A DNA stretch of 64,000 nucleotides from Terriglobia bacterium (GCA_965198225.1 CBDAOY010000008.1:256001-320000), one strand, 5' to 3'. Counted from the first letter of the stretch, positions 46,841 through 57,956 are shown. Notes: a model not told the origin generated them from the letters alone. Program-made: numbers and translations.

Positions 46841-46901
46841 CCAAAATCATCGAAGGCGCTTCGAAGGCCTTCACTTTCATCAGCTTGGGGAGAATTGCGC
46901 T

Positions 46902-47975
46902 CTACTGGTTGAGCTGCCGCGGCGTAACTGACTGATCTATATTGAGTTGTATGAATCCTTCATCATGGCCGCCCCCGAACCCTCGGTTCGGGTACCGTGT
47001 TTTCATATAGATGCGGAGCCCGCCAAAACCGACTCCGGCGACCACCGTGAACGCGAGCGCAATTCCAATCCACGTAAAGATCGTCAGGATCATGTAGGGC
47101 AACGTCAAAGCGCCCGGAAGCGGCTCGTTCCACGTCACCTGAGACTCGTAGTTCACCGTCGAAAGGATCGATCCCCAGACGTCGGGATCGGTGGTTTCCT
47201 GGATGATCGCGACCAGAGGGCCGGAACGTTTGTGCGGCGTGATGCTGCCCGTTGCGGCGAGCCAGTTCTCTGAATGTTGTTTGGCGAGTTGCTGCGTCGG
47301 GTAGAGAAGCATCACGAGCCGTGCTTGGGTTGCTTCGGTCCTGTATCGGGCGACGGCCACTTCGACGCTGTCGTCGAAACCAAAATGAGCGGACTCGAGT
47401 CCGACCGAATCTTCGAACATCAACGGGTCGAGGATGTACTGCTCCGACCCCGCCACAAGACCCTCCGGGGGAAGATGCCGGGATACTGGAGGCTTGGCCG
47501 ATCGCCCGACGATGTTCGCTGATAGAATTTTGGCGAGACCTTCAACAGCGAGACTGGAACCAGCAAGTCGGGCGACGTACTTGGACTGCCAGAAGACCAG
47601 CTCGTCACCGAGTCGGTAGCCCTCGGCCCCGACCGGAGACAACTCGAATCCGTCGCGACCCCGCTCCCGCTCGAGCGTGAACAGACCGAACGCCGCAGTC
47701 GATTCGATCATCTCATAGAGCGTCGTCTCGACGCGTCCGTCCCGTCCATCGAACGTCACCAGCGAAGCCCCGATCAGGCCGTACTTTCGAACGGCTCGGG
47801 CGTTGTCGCCTGCAAGGGTCTCGATGTCGTCCTCGCCGTACTCGACCGGCTCGGATGCCGCTTCCCACGCCGTCTCATCGACGATCCACGCAATCAGGGT
47901 CTCTCTGTTCTGCGCTTCGAGAGTCGCGGGAAACAGCAACACGACGACCCATAGCCACAATGGGGTTCTCATCAT
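46902..47975 (-). CDS. Hypothetical secreted protein with C-terminal TM anchor (DUF6599-like)
   Basis: Signal peptide, YEM..AAFGLFT, C-terminal TM helix. Confidence 0.65.
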   Translation of the reverse strand: MMRTPLWLWVVVLLFPATLEAQNRETLIAWIVDETAWEAASEPVEYGEDDIETLAGDNARAVRKYGLIGASLVTFDGRDGRVETTLYEMIESTAAFGLFTLERERGRDGFELSPVGAEGYRLGDELVFWQSKYVARLAGSSLAVEGLAKILSANIVGRSAKPPVSRHLPPEGLVAGSEQYILDPLMFEDSVGLESAHFGFDDSVEVAVARYRTEATQARLVMLLYPTQQLAKQHSENWLAATGSITPHKRSGPLVAIIQETTDPDVWGSILSTVNYESQVTWNEPLPGALTLPYMILTIFTWIGIALAFTVVAGVGFGGLRIYMKTRYPNRGFGGGHDEGFIQLNIDQSVTPRQLNQ

Positions 47976-47991
47976 TCCGACCGGTAGGTCA

Positions 47992-49665
47992 CTACTCTCG
48001 AATTCTGGCGGCCCGAAAGCCGCTCAAGGTATCCGAGTACGATCTTACACCTTCGAAGAGAGCCTCGGCAATCTGATGCCGGCGATCCTCGCCTCTCAGA
48101 AGTCGTTCGTCGTCTGGATTGCTGATGAAGGAAACCTCGGCGAGGATGGATGGCATGTTGGCGCCGATCAACACGACGAACGGGGCCTGCTTGACGCCGC
48201 GATCCTTGCCGAAATGTTTTCTGGTCGCCAGCGATCTCTGAACATGCGCAGCGAACTCGCGGGACTCGTCCACTTTGTCCCGCAATATGATTTTGCTGAC
48301 GATGTCCTGGAGCTCGGATATGGACCGCTGGGATGCCGCGTTCTCCCGCGCCGCGATCTGAAGACCTTCTCTGGATGTTGTGAAGTTCAGGAAGTAAGTC
48401 TCGAAACCCCGGATCGAGCTGATGTGACTGGCATTGGCGTGGATGGAAAGGAACAGGTCGGCTTCGGCTTGGTTTGCGATCGCGGTTCGATTCTCGAGCG
48501 GGACGAAGGCATCGTCTTCCCGCGTCATGACGACCTCGGCTCCGAGTTCGGTTTCGATCCTTTCCTTCAGCTTGCGGGCGATGTCGAGCACCAGCGCTTT
48601 TTCCGTTAGACCTGTCGGACCAATCGTGCCTGTATCTTTCCCGCCGTGCCCGGCGTCGATGACAACCCGCCCCACCTTCAGGCCGAGACTGCGAATCAGC
48701 GAATGATCCCCGTTCGCGGTCGGGCGTGCGGGTGTTCCGACCGGGTCGTCGGCCGCTTCGGCGCTTTGCTCGGAGGCTTCTTCCGGTTCGATCGCGGGTG
48801 TTGCCGGATCGGGAGTGCCCTGCGGTTCGCTTCGCGTGACTGATCCCAGCTCCAGGTCCCCAACCACGTCGATCACCAGGCGGTCGGGTTCCCGCAGCGT
48901 GAACGTGGTGACGTTGGTGAGTTGGACCAGGTCGAGAACCACACGCACGGTGTCGGAATCATGCTGAGCGACCCGAATTTTTTCGAGCATCCCCGATTCC
49001 ACAGGGAAGGCACTGTTTCGGAGTGCCTCGCTCAGCCGGGCATCGGCGATATCCACGAAGACCCGGGCCGGATCCTTCGCGTCGCCCTGCGTGAAGATCG
49101 GTCTTCCGCCCAGATCGACGACCACCCGCACCGATTTCTTGGACTCCCAATAGCGGATGCTGTCGACTGATGTGAGCGACGTTCGGGTGGCGAGGGCTGG
49201 CTCAAGATCGCTTTCCGCCGGGGCATCGCTTTCGAGTTCTCCGCCGGCTTCCTCGGCGGTCTGGACCAGGACCGGTTCCACCGTGGGCGGATTCATCAGG
49301 TGGTCAATGTTTTCACGGGCGCTGGAAATGAAACGAGATCCGGGATACTCCCGGATCAGGAACTGGAGTGTCTTGATGGCGTCCCTGGCATCGTCGATTT
49401 CCTGGTAGAGTGCGGCGATATTGATGAGCGCGTTGTCGGCGTACCCCGTGTGCGGGGTAATCAGGTACACACGCTCGTAGAGGCGGATGACACGCAGGTA
49501 TGCCGAGCGGGCGCGTTCCCCGATCGGCTTCTCCTTGAGTGCGGCTTCTTCCTGTTGGGCTGCCTGGTAGGCGTCGCTGGCACGCTGGCGGAGGGACTGC
49601 CCGAAGCCCGCGGACGCCATGACGAGCGCGATCAGGAGAACTGGAATGAGCCTGAGCTTTAGCAT
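47992..49665 (-). CDS. N-acetylmuramoyl-L-alanine amidase (TPR + AMIN + Amidase_3)
   Basis: IDAGHGGKD, LSIHAN and AEVSFISN. Confidence 0.93.
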   Translation of the reverse strand: MLKLRLIPVLLIALVMASAGFGQSLRQRASDAYQAAQQEEAALKEKPIGERARSAYLRVIRLYERVYLITPHTGYADNALINIAALYQEIDDARDAIKTLQFLIREYPGSRFISSARENIDHLMNPPTVEPVLVQTAEEAGGELESDAPAESDLEPALATRTSLTSVDSIRYWESKKSVRVVVDLGGRPIFTQGDAKDPARVFVDIADARLSEALRNSAFPVESGMLEKIRVAQHDSDTVRVVLDLVQLTNVTTFTLREPDRLVIDVVGDLELGSVTRSEPQGTPDPATPAIEPEEASEQSAEAADDPVGTPARPTANGDHSLIRSLGLKVGRVVIDAGHGGKDTGTIGPTGLTEKALVLDIARKLKERIETELGAEVVMTREDDAFVPLENRTAIANQAEADLFLSIHANASHISSIRGFETYFLNFTTSREGLQIAARENAASQRSISELQDIVSKIILRDKVDESREFAAHVQRSLATRKHFGKDRGVKQAPFVVLIGANMPSILAEVSFISNPDDERLLRGEDRRHQIAEALFEGVRSYSDTLSGFRAARIRE

Positions 49666-49734
49666 CCGTCGCAGAATACGGCCCGAAATCGGGTGCCGTC
49701 CTTCCGTCGGCCCCGGATGTCCGGTTACTCGCGA

Positions 49735-50496
49735 CTACCGCTTCGGTCCGACGTTGGAGAAGTGCGATACTCCACGGTCGTCTACCGTACGGTAGAGCGC
49801 GGGTGCAGGAGGCTTCGCGGCCTCCTCTTTCGCAATCTGGCTGACAGGCTCCGAAACAACCGGTCGCGGTTTCGGTGCGACCGGCGCTGCGGACCGGGCT
49901 TGGGCGTGAATCTTGCGGTACGCCGCCTGGACTTTCCGCACATAGTTTTGCGTTTCGGGAATTCGCGGAATCCGACCGAGGCGCGCCACCCGGTTCTCAC
50001 CCGAGTTGTAGGCCGCCAGCGACAGATCCAGCCTCCCCGGGAACATATCGAGCAGGAGTCGGAGGTATCGGACACCGCCTTCGATATTCTGTGCCGGGTC
50101 GAAGAAATCGCGAACCCCGAACCGCTTGCCGGTTGCCGGAATGAGTTGCATCAGACCCCGGGCGCCCTTGTGTGAAACCGCACGACGATCGAAATTGGAT
50201 TCGACCTGGATCACCGCCCGGACCAGCGACGGGTCGACCCGGTGTCTGGTCGAAATGGTGTCGATCAGCCCGTCTATGGTGCCCACCGTCCTTGGTGGGG
50301 TCACGGCGATGGACGGGATCGCTGTCGGTGTGACGGGTATGGTTTCCGTGACGGCCGGGGTGTAGTCAGCGAGATTGGTGAAAACGATCTTGCCCTCCCT
50401 GTTCACGAACGCCGTGATGCGGTCGTCCGCCCACACCTGCGAAGTCCCCAGCAGGAGTAGAATCGCACCCACTCCGATGAGCTGTCTCGTTTTCAT
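49735..50496 (-). CDS. Lytic transglycosylase (SLT)
   Basis: VESNF...GARGLMQL...AAYNSG...ETQNYV. Confidence 0.9.
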   Translation of the reverse strand: MKTRQLIGVGAILLLLGTSQVWADDRITAFVNREGKIVFTNLADYTPAVTETIPVTPTAIPSIAVTPPRTVGTIDGLIDTISTRHRVDPSLVRAVIQVESNFDRRAVSHKGARGLMQLIPATGKRFGVRDFFDPAQNIEGGVRYLRLLLDMFPGRLDLSLAAYNSGENRVARLGRIPRIPETQNYVRKVQAAYRKIHAQARSAAPVAPKPRPVVSEPVSQIAKEEAAKPPAPALYRTVDDRGVSHFSNVGPKR

Positions 50497-50518
50497 TTCG
50501 AACACAACAGACTGTGGT

Positions 50519-53161
50519 CTAGGAGACCATCTCAGCCACGATATTGTACACTGCTTGTAAAGCTTGATCCAGTTTTTCAGGCTCTTTTCCACCGGCCTGG
50601 GCGAAGTCCGGTCGCCCGCCTCCGCTGCCTCCGACCAGCTCGGCGACCTGCTTGACGATCTTACCGGCGTGTAAGCGGGCCCTCAGGTCTTCCGAAACAG
50701 CGGTGACCAGTATTGCCTTGCTGTCGGAAGCGGACCCGAGGACCACGAGACCGGAGCCCAGACCGGCCCGCGCACTTTCGGCCAATTCTCTCATCAAAGC
50801 GGCGTCAACCCCTTCAACTTTCTGCGATATGACCTGGACGCCGCTGACCGTGTTCTGGGACTCGAGGAGGTGCTGAAGTTGCGACTTTGCGCCCTTTCGC
50901 TTGATCGTGTGCAGTTCATCTTCGAGATGCTTCTGCTGTTCGAGCATCTTTTCCACAGCTCGGGTCAACTCGGACCTCGGAGCGCGAAGCCGATCGGCAA
51001 GCGCTTTCAGCAGGTTTTCATCTTCTCCAAGGCGCTGGTAGCTGCCGAAACCCGTGAGCGCCTCCAGTCGTCGAACGCCTGCGGCGACGCTGCTCTCGGA
51101 AACGATCTTGAAAAGGCCCACGTCCCCGGTCATTCTCGTGTGCGTACCCCCGCACAATTCCATGCTGATGTCCGGGATCGACACGACGCGCACCTTCTGC
51201 TGATATTTTTCGCCGAAGAAAGCGATGGCTCCGGACTCGATCGCCTCGTCCAGTGCCATCTCCCGCGTCTGGACCGGATGGTTATCCAGGACGATCGCGT
51301 TGATACGTTCTTCGATCTCTTCGACTTCTGCGTCGGTCAGGGACGCGTAGTGAGTGTAGTCGAAACGCAGCCGGTCCGGCGCCACGAGCGATCCGGCTTG
51401 TTTGACGTGGACACCAAGCGTGTCTCGCAGGACTGCGTGGAGCAGGTGCGTGCCGGTGTGGTTCGCAGCGATTCTGCGTCGCCGTCCGGCATCGACTTGA
51501 GCAGAAACTTCGTCTCCGGTCGAGATCCGACCGAAGTCCATCTCGACCCGATGCAGGATGAGTCCCGGTGTCGGGGAATAGGTGTCCAGGACGCGGGCCG
51601 CGCCGGAGGGAGAAGTCAGCATTCCCACGTCGCCGACTTGACCACCGGATTCGGCATAGAAAGGCGTCTGATCGAGAGCAATCTCTGCCTGCGTTCCGCT
51701 GCCTTCGACGGACTTGTCAAGTCTGCCGTCACGGACGATTCCCAACACTCGACTCGCCGCCTGGGTCGTTTCGTAGCCCAGGAAGACGCTTGCTCCGTTC
51801 TCGATGAACTGGTCATAGAGCGGCAGATCGCCGGATTCGCTGCCCTTCCAGCTTTCCCTGGCGCGGGCTCTCTGTCCCTCAAGCTCGACTTTGAATCCCT
51901 CGATGTCCAGCTTCAGGGACTTTTCGCGCGCGATTTCTTCGGTGAAGTCCAGCGGCAAGCCGTAGGTGTCATAGAGCTTGAAGATGTCTGGGCCCGGGAT
52001 TACCTCTTGCCGCTCGGAGACCAGCCGTGAGGAGATATCATCGAGCTTGCCGATGGCCACGGCAACCGTCGCCGAAAAGCGCCGTTCTTCGTTCTCGACA
52101 ATGCGGGCGACGTATTCTCGAGTCTTGAGCAGCTCAGGATAGGCCTCCTTCATCAACTCCACGACATGCCCCGTCATCGAGTGGAGAAAGGGTTCATCCC
52201 GCCCGAGTAGGGTGCCCTGTCGTATTCCACGCCGCATTATCTTCCGCAGGACATAGCCTCGACCCTCATTGGACGGGATGATCCCGTCACTGATGAGGAA
52301 CGTGGCCGCTCGCGCATGATCGGCGATGATGCGGAGAGATACGTCGGTCGGCTGCGAGCTCCCGTATTTCACCCTGAAATGCTCGGCGGCTCGATCGATC
52401 AGGGATCGCAGCAGGTCCGTTTCGTAGTTGCTGATCTTGCCCTGCAGGACGGAGGCGATGCGCTCCAGGCCCATACCCGTGTCGATGGAAGGCGCCGGCA
52501 GTGGTTGGAGATGGCCCTGATCGTCGCGGTCGAATTGCATGAAGACCAGATTCCACACCTCCACGTAGCGTCCACACTCGCACGGAAAGTCGCAGTTATC
52601 GTGGCCTTCTTCGCTGGCTTCCGGGCCGAAGTCGTAATGAAGTTCCGAGCACGGTCCGCACGGACCCGTCTCTCCCATCTGCCAGAAGTTGTCTTTCTCG
52701 TCCATCCGGACGACCCGGTCCGGGGCGATGCCGATGTGGTTTTTCCACAGTTCATCAGCTTCGTCATCCTCCTCGAAAACCGTCACCCACAGACGATCCC
52801 CCGGCAGTGCGAACTCGTCGGTCAGGAGTTGCCAGGCGTACTCGACGGCTTCCTTCTTGAAGTAGTTGCCGAAAGAGAAGTTGCCGAGCATCTCGAAGAA
52901 CGTCTGGTGACGGCGTGTGTGACCGACCACATCCAGGTCGTTGTGTTTACCTCCGGCCCGCACACATTTCTGACTGCTCGCGGCCCGGTTGTAACTCCGC
53001 TCGTCCCTGCCCAGGAAGACGTCCTTGAACTGGTTCATTCCCGCGTTGACGAACAGCAGCGTCGGGTCGTCGGCGGGAATCAAGGGCGAGCTGGCAACCA
53101 CGGTGTGGCCGCGTTCTTCGAAGAACTTGAGAAAACGGCTTCGGACTTCGCTACTCTTCAC
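50519..53161 (-). CDS. alaS: Alanine--tRNA ligase
   Basis: TLLFVNAGMNQFK, FFEMLGNFSFG, ELCGGTH and GGGRPDFAQAGG. Confidence 0.98.
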   Translation of the reverse strand: MKSSEVRSRFLKFFEERGHTVVASSPLIPADDPTLLFVNAGMNQFKDVFLGRDERSYNRAASSQKCVRAGGKHNDLDVVGHTRRHQTFFEMLGNFSFGNYFKKEAVEYAWQLLTDEFALPGDRLWVTVFEEDDEADELWKNHIGIAPDRVVRMDEKDNFWQMGETGPCGPCSELHYDFGPEASEEGHDNCDFPCECGRYVEVWNLVFMQFDRDDQGHLQPLPAPSIDTGMGLERIASVLQGKISNYETDLLRSLIDRAAEHFRVKYGSSQPTDVSLRIIADHARAATFLISDGIIPSNEGRGYVLRKIMRRGIRQGTLLGRDEPFLHSMTGHVVELMKEAYPELLKTREYVARIVENEERRFSATVAVAIGKLDDISSRLVSERQEVIPGPDIFKLYDTYGLPLDFTEEIAREKSLKLDIEGFKVELEGQRARARESWKGSESGDLPLYDQFIENGASVFLGYETTQAASRVLGIVRDGRLDKSVEGSGTQAEIALDQTPFYAESGGQVGDVGMLTSPSGAARVLDTYSPTPGLILHRVEMDFGRISTGDEVSAQVDAGRRRRIAANHTGTHLLHAVLRDTLGVHVKQAGSLVAPDRLRFDYTHYASLTDAEVEEIEERINAIVLDNHPVQTREMALDEAIESGAIAFFGEKYQQKVRVVSIPDISMELCGGTHTRMTGDVGLFKIVSESSVAAGVRRLEALTGFGSYQRLGEDENLLKALADRLRAPRSELTRAVEKMLEQQKHLEDELHTIKRKGAKSQLQHLLESQNTVSGVQVISQKVEGVDAALMRELAESARAGLGSGLVVLGSASDSKAILVTAVSEDLRARLHAGKIVKQVAELVGGSGGGRPDFAQAGGKEPEKLDQALQAVYNIVAEMVS

Positions 53162-53586
53162 AGGAGGTTTTCCAGTTCATCGCGTATGGCTTCTTCCTCA
53201 TAACCAAGACGCACCAGTGACCTCGAAAGACGACTGGCATCACGGACTGAGAGAGGCGGTTTCACGTTCAAATCCTTCATTTTAGTCCCGAGGGCCTCGA
53301 CAAGCGAGGGCCATTTCCCCGCTGCGATCACATCCGCGATGATGGTGTCGCCGACGCCGTGGCGCATCAACTCGTATTCGAGCCGTCGGCGGCCCCAGGA
53401 CGTCCTGCCCCGCACGTAGGTCTCCGAGAAACGTCGGTCGTCGAGGTATTTCTTCTCGATGAGGCGGTCGATCACCGAGGGTGGAACGTTCCCAAACCGG
53501 CGATCGAGCCGGGCCCGAAGCCGATGGATACTGAATTCCCGACGGGCCAGGAGCTTGATGGCGTAGTTGTAGATTTCGTCCTGCAT
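53158..53586 (-). CDS. recX: Regulatory protein RecX
   Basis: AIKLLARREFS...YLDDRRF...GRRRLEYELMRHGV; upstream of alaS. Confidence 0.85.
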   Translation of the reverse strand: MQDEIYNYAIKLLARREFSIHRLRARLDRRFGNVPPSVIDRLIEKKYLDDRRFSETYVRGRTSWGRRRLEYELMRHGVGDTIIADVIAAGKWPSLVEALGTKMKDLNVKPPLSVRDASRLSRSLVRLGYEEEAIRDELENLL

Positions 53587-53613
53587 GGGGAGAGCAGCTG
53601 CAAGCTCAGGCGA

Positions 53614-53760
53614 CACCCAAAACTCCCCTCCTCGGATGAGGAGGGGTGGCGCGAAGCGCCGGGGTGGTGTCGACCTGGAAGAAACCACCCGTCTGCCTTC
53701 TCCAACTTTGCGGCGAACTGAACACCCGGGGACAGGGCCAGCCCTGTCCCCCTCACGTCC
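53614..53760. repeat. CCCCTCCT-family REP next to an inverted GGGGACAGGG palindrome repeat
   Basis: Matches 28441-28520 and the reverse complement of 27570-27632. Confidence 0.8.
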
Positions 53761-53781
53761 GTTCTCCCGCGGATCATTCGG

Positions 53782-54731
53782 CTAAGCGAAAAACCCAACT
53801 GGCAACTGACTACTGACTACCGGATACAACCAATTGTCCGGGTCCGGAAGCGCACCCTGGATGATATCGAAGAACGCACGCTGGATTCTTCCCGTCAGCG
53901 GACCGCGGTTTCCTTCACCGATGGCGATGTGATCGACGGACCGAATCGGTGTGATTTCCGCAGCGGTGCCCGCGAAAAAGAGCTCGTCGGCGATGTAGAC
54001 AGCCACTCGCGGGGAATCGCTTCTTCCCGCACCGTCAACCCCATGTCGGCGGCGATTCGCATGACCGAGTCGCGCGTGATACCCGATAGCACCGAATGTG
54101 CCAGCGATGGGGTGTGAATGACACCGTCGCGAACCAGGAAGAGGTTCTCGCCGCTGCCCTCGCTGACGTATCCCATCGCATCGAGCGCCACTCCCTCCGC
54201 GAAGCCGTTGTGGACGGCTTCCATCTTGATTAGCTGGGAGTTCATGTAGTGCCCGCCGGCTTTGGCGATTGCAGGGAACGTGTTCGGAGCCATACGCGCC
54301 CAGGAAGACACGCATATGTCGACGCCGTTCTCCATGGCATCCGCGCCGAGGTAGGAGCCCCATTCCCAGACGGCGATGTATGTCTCCACCGGAACGCCGA
54401 TCGGGTTCACGCTCAACGTGCCGTAGCCACGCAGGACGACGGGTCGGACGTAGCAGGCTGCCAGCCGGTTTGCAAGGATCGTTTCGATGACCGCACTCGT
54501 CAGCGAAGCCTCATCGTAGGGGATGTCCATGCGGTAGATTCGTGAAGATTCCACCAGGCGGCGGATGTGGTCTTTCAGTCGGAAGACGACGGAGCCCCCC
54601 GGCGCTTCGTAGCACCGGATGCCTTCAAAACAGGATGAGCCGTAGTGGACGACGTGGGAAAGAACGTGTATCTGTGCCTCATCCCAGGAGATGAACTCTC
54701 CGTTTTTCCAGATTGTTTCAGACGGGTTCAA
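53782..54731 (-). CDS. ilvE: Branched-chain amino acid aminotransferase; frameshift near 54000
   Basis: [21 protein letters not shown] and LSGITR in one frame; [17 protein letters not shown] in another. Confidence 0.9.
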
Positions 54732-54897
54732 AAGCGTTCCTCCGTGTAGATCGGCCAAGAGAGGGGACTTATCGGGATACGATTCCCGCGACGCCCGGCA
54801 TGTTATCCTAACTGTCTCGTATCACAAATAAGCCGGGCTTTCGGGACGAGATGCTGCGGATCAGCCGTGGCGCTGCGTTCCTCGCCGAGAACCGCCG

Positions 54898-55422
54898 ATG
54901 CCGCGTCCACGAGTCATTCTGCTTCAGTCTTTGCTGGTGCTGGTTCCGTTGTTGGCCGGCTGTGGCTATCGTTTGGCTGGAGGCAACCTCGCGTCCGGGT
55001 CCGGGCGGAGCATTGCCGTGCCGTTGTTTCAGAACGCCACGACAAACTATCGCATCGAGCAGCGCCTGACCGAAGCCGTTCGCCGCGAACTCATCCAGCG
55101 CACCCAGTACGACGTGCTGCCCGCTTCCGCGGGGGACTTTGTGTTATCGGGGCAGGTGTTGAGTGTGACTTCGATTCCCATCATCTTTACCGACCGGGGA
55201 CGGAGCACCGCCTACACCGTGGCAGTCGAAGTAAGCGTGAGTCTAACCGACAGTCGCGACGGCTCGCTGGTCTTCGCCGACGAGCGTTGGACGTTCCGTG
55301 AAGTCTTCGAGTTGTCGAATGACTCCGAGACCTTTGTTCCGGAAGACGCGGCCGCTATGGATCGCCTCGCCCGTCGCTTCGCTTCTTCCCTGGTTGCGTC
55401 GCTCTTCCACCGAAGTCCGTGA
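54898..55422 (+). CDS. lptE: LPS-assembly lipoprotein LptE family
   Basis: Lipobox LAGCGYRL; upstream of holA. Confidence 0.8.
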   Translation: MPRPRVILLQSLLVLVPLLAGCGYRLAGGNLASGSGRSIAVPLFQNATTNYRIEQRLTEAVRRELIQRTQYDVLPASAGDFVLSGQVLSVTSIPIIFTDRGRSTAYTVAVEVSVSLTDSRDGSLVFADERWTFREVFELSNDSETFVPEDAAAMDRLARRFASSLVASLFHRSP

Positions 55423-56381
55423 AGTTTTCAGAATTTCGAAAAAAGAATGACGCTCCCCCCGGGCATGTCTTCGTGTTCGTGTGCGGAGACGAATTTCTAG
55501 TCGAGGAATCGAAGGAAGTGTGGGCACGGCTTTTCGGCGGGAACTGGGCGGTCGAGAAGACCTCCGCCAAAGAGCTGGATTCCGTCGAGCCGTCCGAGCT
55601 TATGTCGTCGGCGCTGACGCCGCCACTGTTCGGAGAAAGCCGCGTTCTGATGGTCACCAACGCGGGAAAAGTTCCGAAGAAGCGACTCACCCATTTCGCC
55701 GAGATCAACGCCCTGGAGGACTCCTCCCTCAAGATCATCCTTTGCGTCGCCGGCCGGAGGTCGCTCCAGGCGTGGACCAAGACGTTCAAAGTTGTGGAGA
55801 TAGAACCGCTTCGGCCGGCCGATACGATCCGGTGGGTCAAAGAACGGTATGGCGTCCGAGCCGAGGTGGCGAGCTACATTGTCGAGAACATCGGGGCTGA
55901 GCTGTATCCGCTGTACCGGGAATTGGAGAAGCTGCAGACGTACGTGAAGAAAGAACGACCTATAGAGGTGGAAGACGTCGACATGCTGATTCTTCGCTCC
56001 GAGCAGTTCGGACCTTTCGAGTTGGACGACGCCGTGCTCGCACAGGATTATCCGAAGGCGGTTCGTGTCGCCGAAGCCATGATCGAAGAAGGCATGGAGC
56101 CTCTCCAGATACTTGGAAAGCTTGCCGGCCTGTGGCGGAAACTATTCGCCAGCAAACAACTCGTCTCCCGCGGGCGCGGAAGTGAGGTCGGGCGCGCTCT
56201 GGGTGTACACGATTTTGTCGCTGGGAAGCTTCGGAAGGCAGCACCGGGTTTCAGCTCGGAGCAGCTGGCCGTGGGGTTCGGCGAGCTCCTGAAGGCCGAC
56301 AAGGCGTTCAAGAGCACAAGCGCCAGCGCCAGGCCCGAATACACGTTCGACGCCATGCTGTGGAAAATGGTGGGGAAGTAG
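55419..56381 (+). CDS. holA: DNA polymerase III delta subunit
   Basis: TPPLFGESR and ELEKLQTY; lptE-holA-rpsT context. Confidence 0.85.
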   Translation: MKFSEFRKKNDAPPGHVFVFVCGDEFLVEESKEVWARLFGGNWAVEKTSAKELDSVEPSELMSSALTPPLFGESRVLMVTNAGKVPKKRLTHFAEINALEDSSLKIILCVAGRRSLQAWTKTFKVVEIEPLRPADTIRWVKERYGVRAEVASYIVENIGAELYPLYRELEKLQTYVKKERPIEVEDVDMLILRSEQFGPFELDDAVLAQDYPKAVRVAEAMIEEGMEPLQILGKLAGLWRKLFASKQLVSRGRGSEVGRALGVHDFVAGKLRKAAPGFSSEQLAVGFGELLKADKAFKSTSASARPEYTFDAMLWKMVGK

Positions 56382-56383
56382 TC

Positions 56384-56465
56384 CCGACGTTTCTGCTTAG
56401 CCAACACCCGGGGACAGGGCTAGCCCTGTCCCCCTCACATTGGCTCGCTCACGGCTCGTTTCGCG
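56384..56465 (-). repeat. GGGGACAGGGCTAGCCCTGTCCCC repeat, copy 3
   Basis: Perfect palindrome at 56410-56433 with family flanks. Confidence 0.8.
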
Positions 56466-56524
56466 AAGTGAATAACACTTATTGACAACGACAACGGCCT
56501 ACCGATAACGGCCTACGATCCGAA

Positions 56525-56791
56525 TCAAGCCGCCATGGCGTTGACGTTTCGCGTCATGCGGGACTTGTAGCGCCGTGCCGCATTCGCCTTGATAACGCCC
56601 TTCTGAACGGACTTGTCGATCAGGCTGAACGTCTTCGGCAACATCGCCCGGGCGTCGTCGACCTTGCCCTCGGAGATCACCGATTTCAGCTTCTTCAACT
56701 GTGTCTTCAGCTTGCGTCGGTTCATCTGGTTGATGAGTCGTCTCTGCTCGCTTTGTCGGTTCCGCTTTATCGCAGATGCATGGTTTGCCAT
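56525..56791 (-). CDS. rpsT: 30S ribosomal protein S20
   Basis: [13 protein letters not shown]...[16 protein letters not shown]. Confidence 0.96.
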   Translation of the reverse strand: MANHASAIKRNRQSEQRRLINQMNRRKLKTQLKKLKSVISEGKVDDARAMLPKTFSLIDKSVQKGVIKANAARRYKSRMTRNVNAMAA

Positions 56792-56951
56792 TAGCTTCAG
56801 TCTCGAAACGACCATGATAGCAATTGCTTCGCCTGGTGGTCAATCTCACCAGGTGGGACAGACTTGCGGTCGTACCGGCAAAGGCCCCACCGACGGTGGT
56901 CCCCGAGCCCCGCGTGCTATAATTCAGAACGAGTTACGTCCTCAGCCAGGA

Positions 56952-57956
56952 ATGAAGAAAACCATCCCCATCGGCGAAGGCATCGCCGACCTCTTCGGTA
57001 CTTACGACGGGAACATCAAGTATCTGGAATCTCTTCTCAACGTCGAGGTCCATATCGCTCCCGACAACCTGACGGTCGAGGGAGGCGACGAGCAGGTGAC
57101 GTTGGTGGAGCAGTTCATCCAGGACTACGCTCATCTTCGGGCCGAAGGGATCCAGCTTTCGAGCGAAGACCTGAAATCGATCATCCGGATCGTCTCGGAG
57201 GACAACTCGGTGACGTTGCGCGAGGTCGTTGCCCCCCCTCGACAGTTTCAGGTAGGAAAGCGCAGTATCGCGCCCAAGACCCTCAACCAGAAAATCTACA
57301 TGGAAGCCATCGACACCTACGACATGGTCTTCGGCATCGGGCCCGCGGGCACGGGAAAGACTTACTTAGCGGTCGGCATGGCTGTTCGGGAGCTGCTGGC
57401 GAAACGTGTCAGTCGCATCGTGCTGACCCGGCCGGCGGTGGAAGCGGGCGAACGACTGGGTTTTCTGCCCGGGACACTGGAGGAGAAGGTCGATCCCTAC
57501 TTGCGGCCGCTTTATGACGCCCTCTATGACATGCTCGACGCAGATCGGGTCGACCGGTACCTGGAACGTCGCGTGATCGAGATCGCGCCGATCGCGTTCA
57601 TGCGTGGAAGGACGCTGAATGACTCGTTTGTCATCCTCGATGAAGCCCAGAACACGACGTCGGAACAGATGAAAATGTTTCTGACTCGAATAGGCTTCAC
57701 CTCCAAAGCAGTCATCAACGGCGACATTACACAGATCGATCTTCCGTTCGGTAAGACGTCCGGCCTCGTCGAAGCCCGCGATGTTGTCTCCGGTATCGAG
57801 GGGATCGGGTTCGTGACCTTCAACGACCGGGATGTGGTGCGACATCCGCTCGTTCTCCAAATCGTGCGGGCCTACGAGAAATACTTCCCGTGGCGTATGG
57901 GGAGCCAACGAGCGCTGTCGTTCAAACCGCCCGAGGACAAGGGTCACCCCTCATGA
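56952..57956 (+). CDS. PhoH-family ATPase
   Basis: [19 protein letters not shown] and LDEAQN; extended -10 TGCTATAAT at 56915. Confidence 0.94.
   Translation: MKKTIPIGEGIADLFGTYDGNIKYLESLLNVEVHIAPDNLTVEGGDEQVTLVEQFIQDYAHLRAEGIQLSSEDLKSIIRIVSEDNSVTLREVVAPPRQFQVGKRSIAPKTLNQKIYMEAIDTYDMVFGIGPAGTGKTYLAVGMAVRELLAKRVSRIVLTRPAVEAGERLGFLPGTLEEKVDPYLRPLYDALYDMLDADRVDRYLERRVIEIAPIAFMRGRTLNDSFVILDEAQNTTSEQMKMFLTRIGFTSKAVINGDITQIDLPFGKTSGLVEARDVVSGIEGIGFVTFNDRDVVRHPLVLQIVRAYEKYFPWRMGSQRALSFKPPEDKGHPS

Noticed and set aside
56613-56951. N-terminal extensions in the ORF track (phoH; likewise recX, higB, arsC, accB)
   Set aside because: They overlap opposite-strand genes, upstream genes or repeats; downstream starts fit family lengths and promoter or RBS positions.
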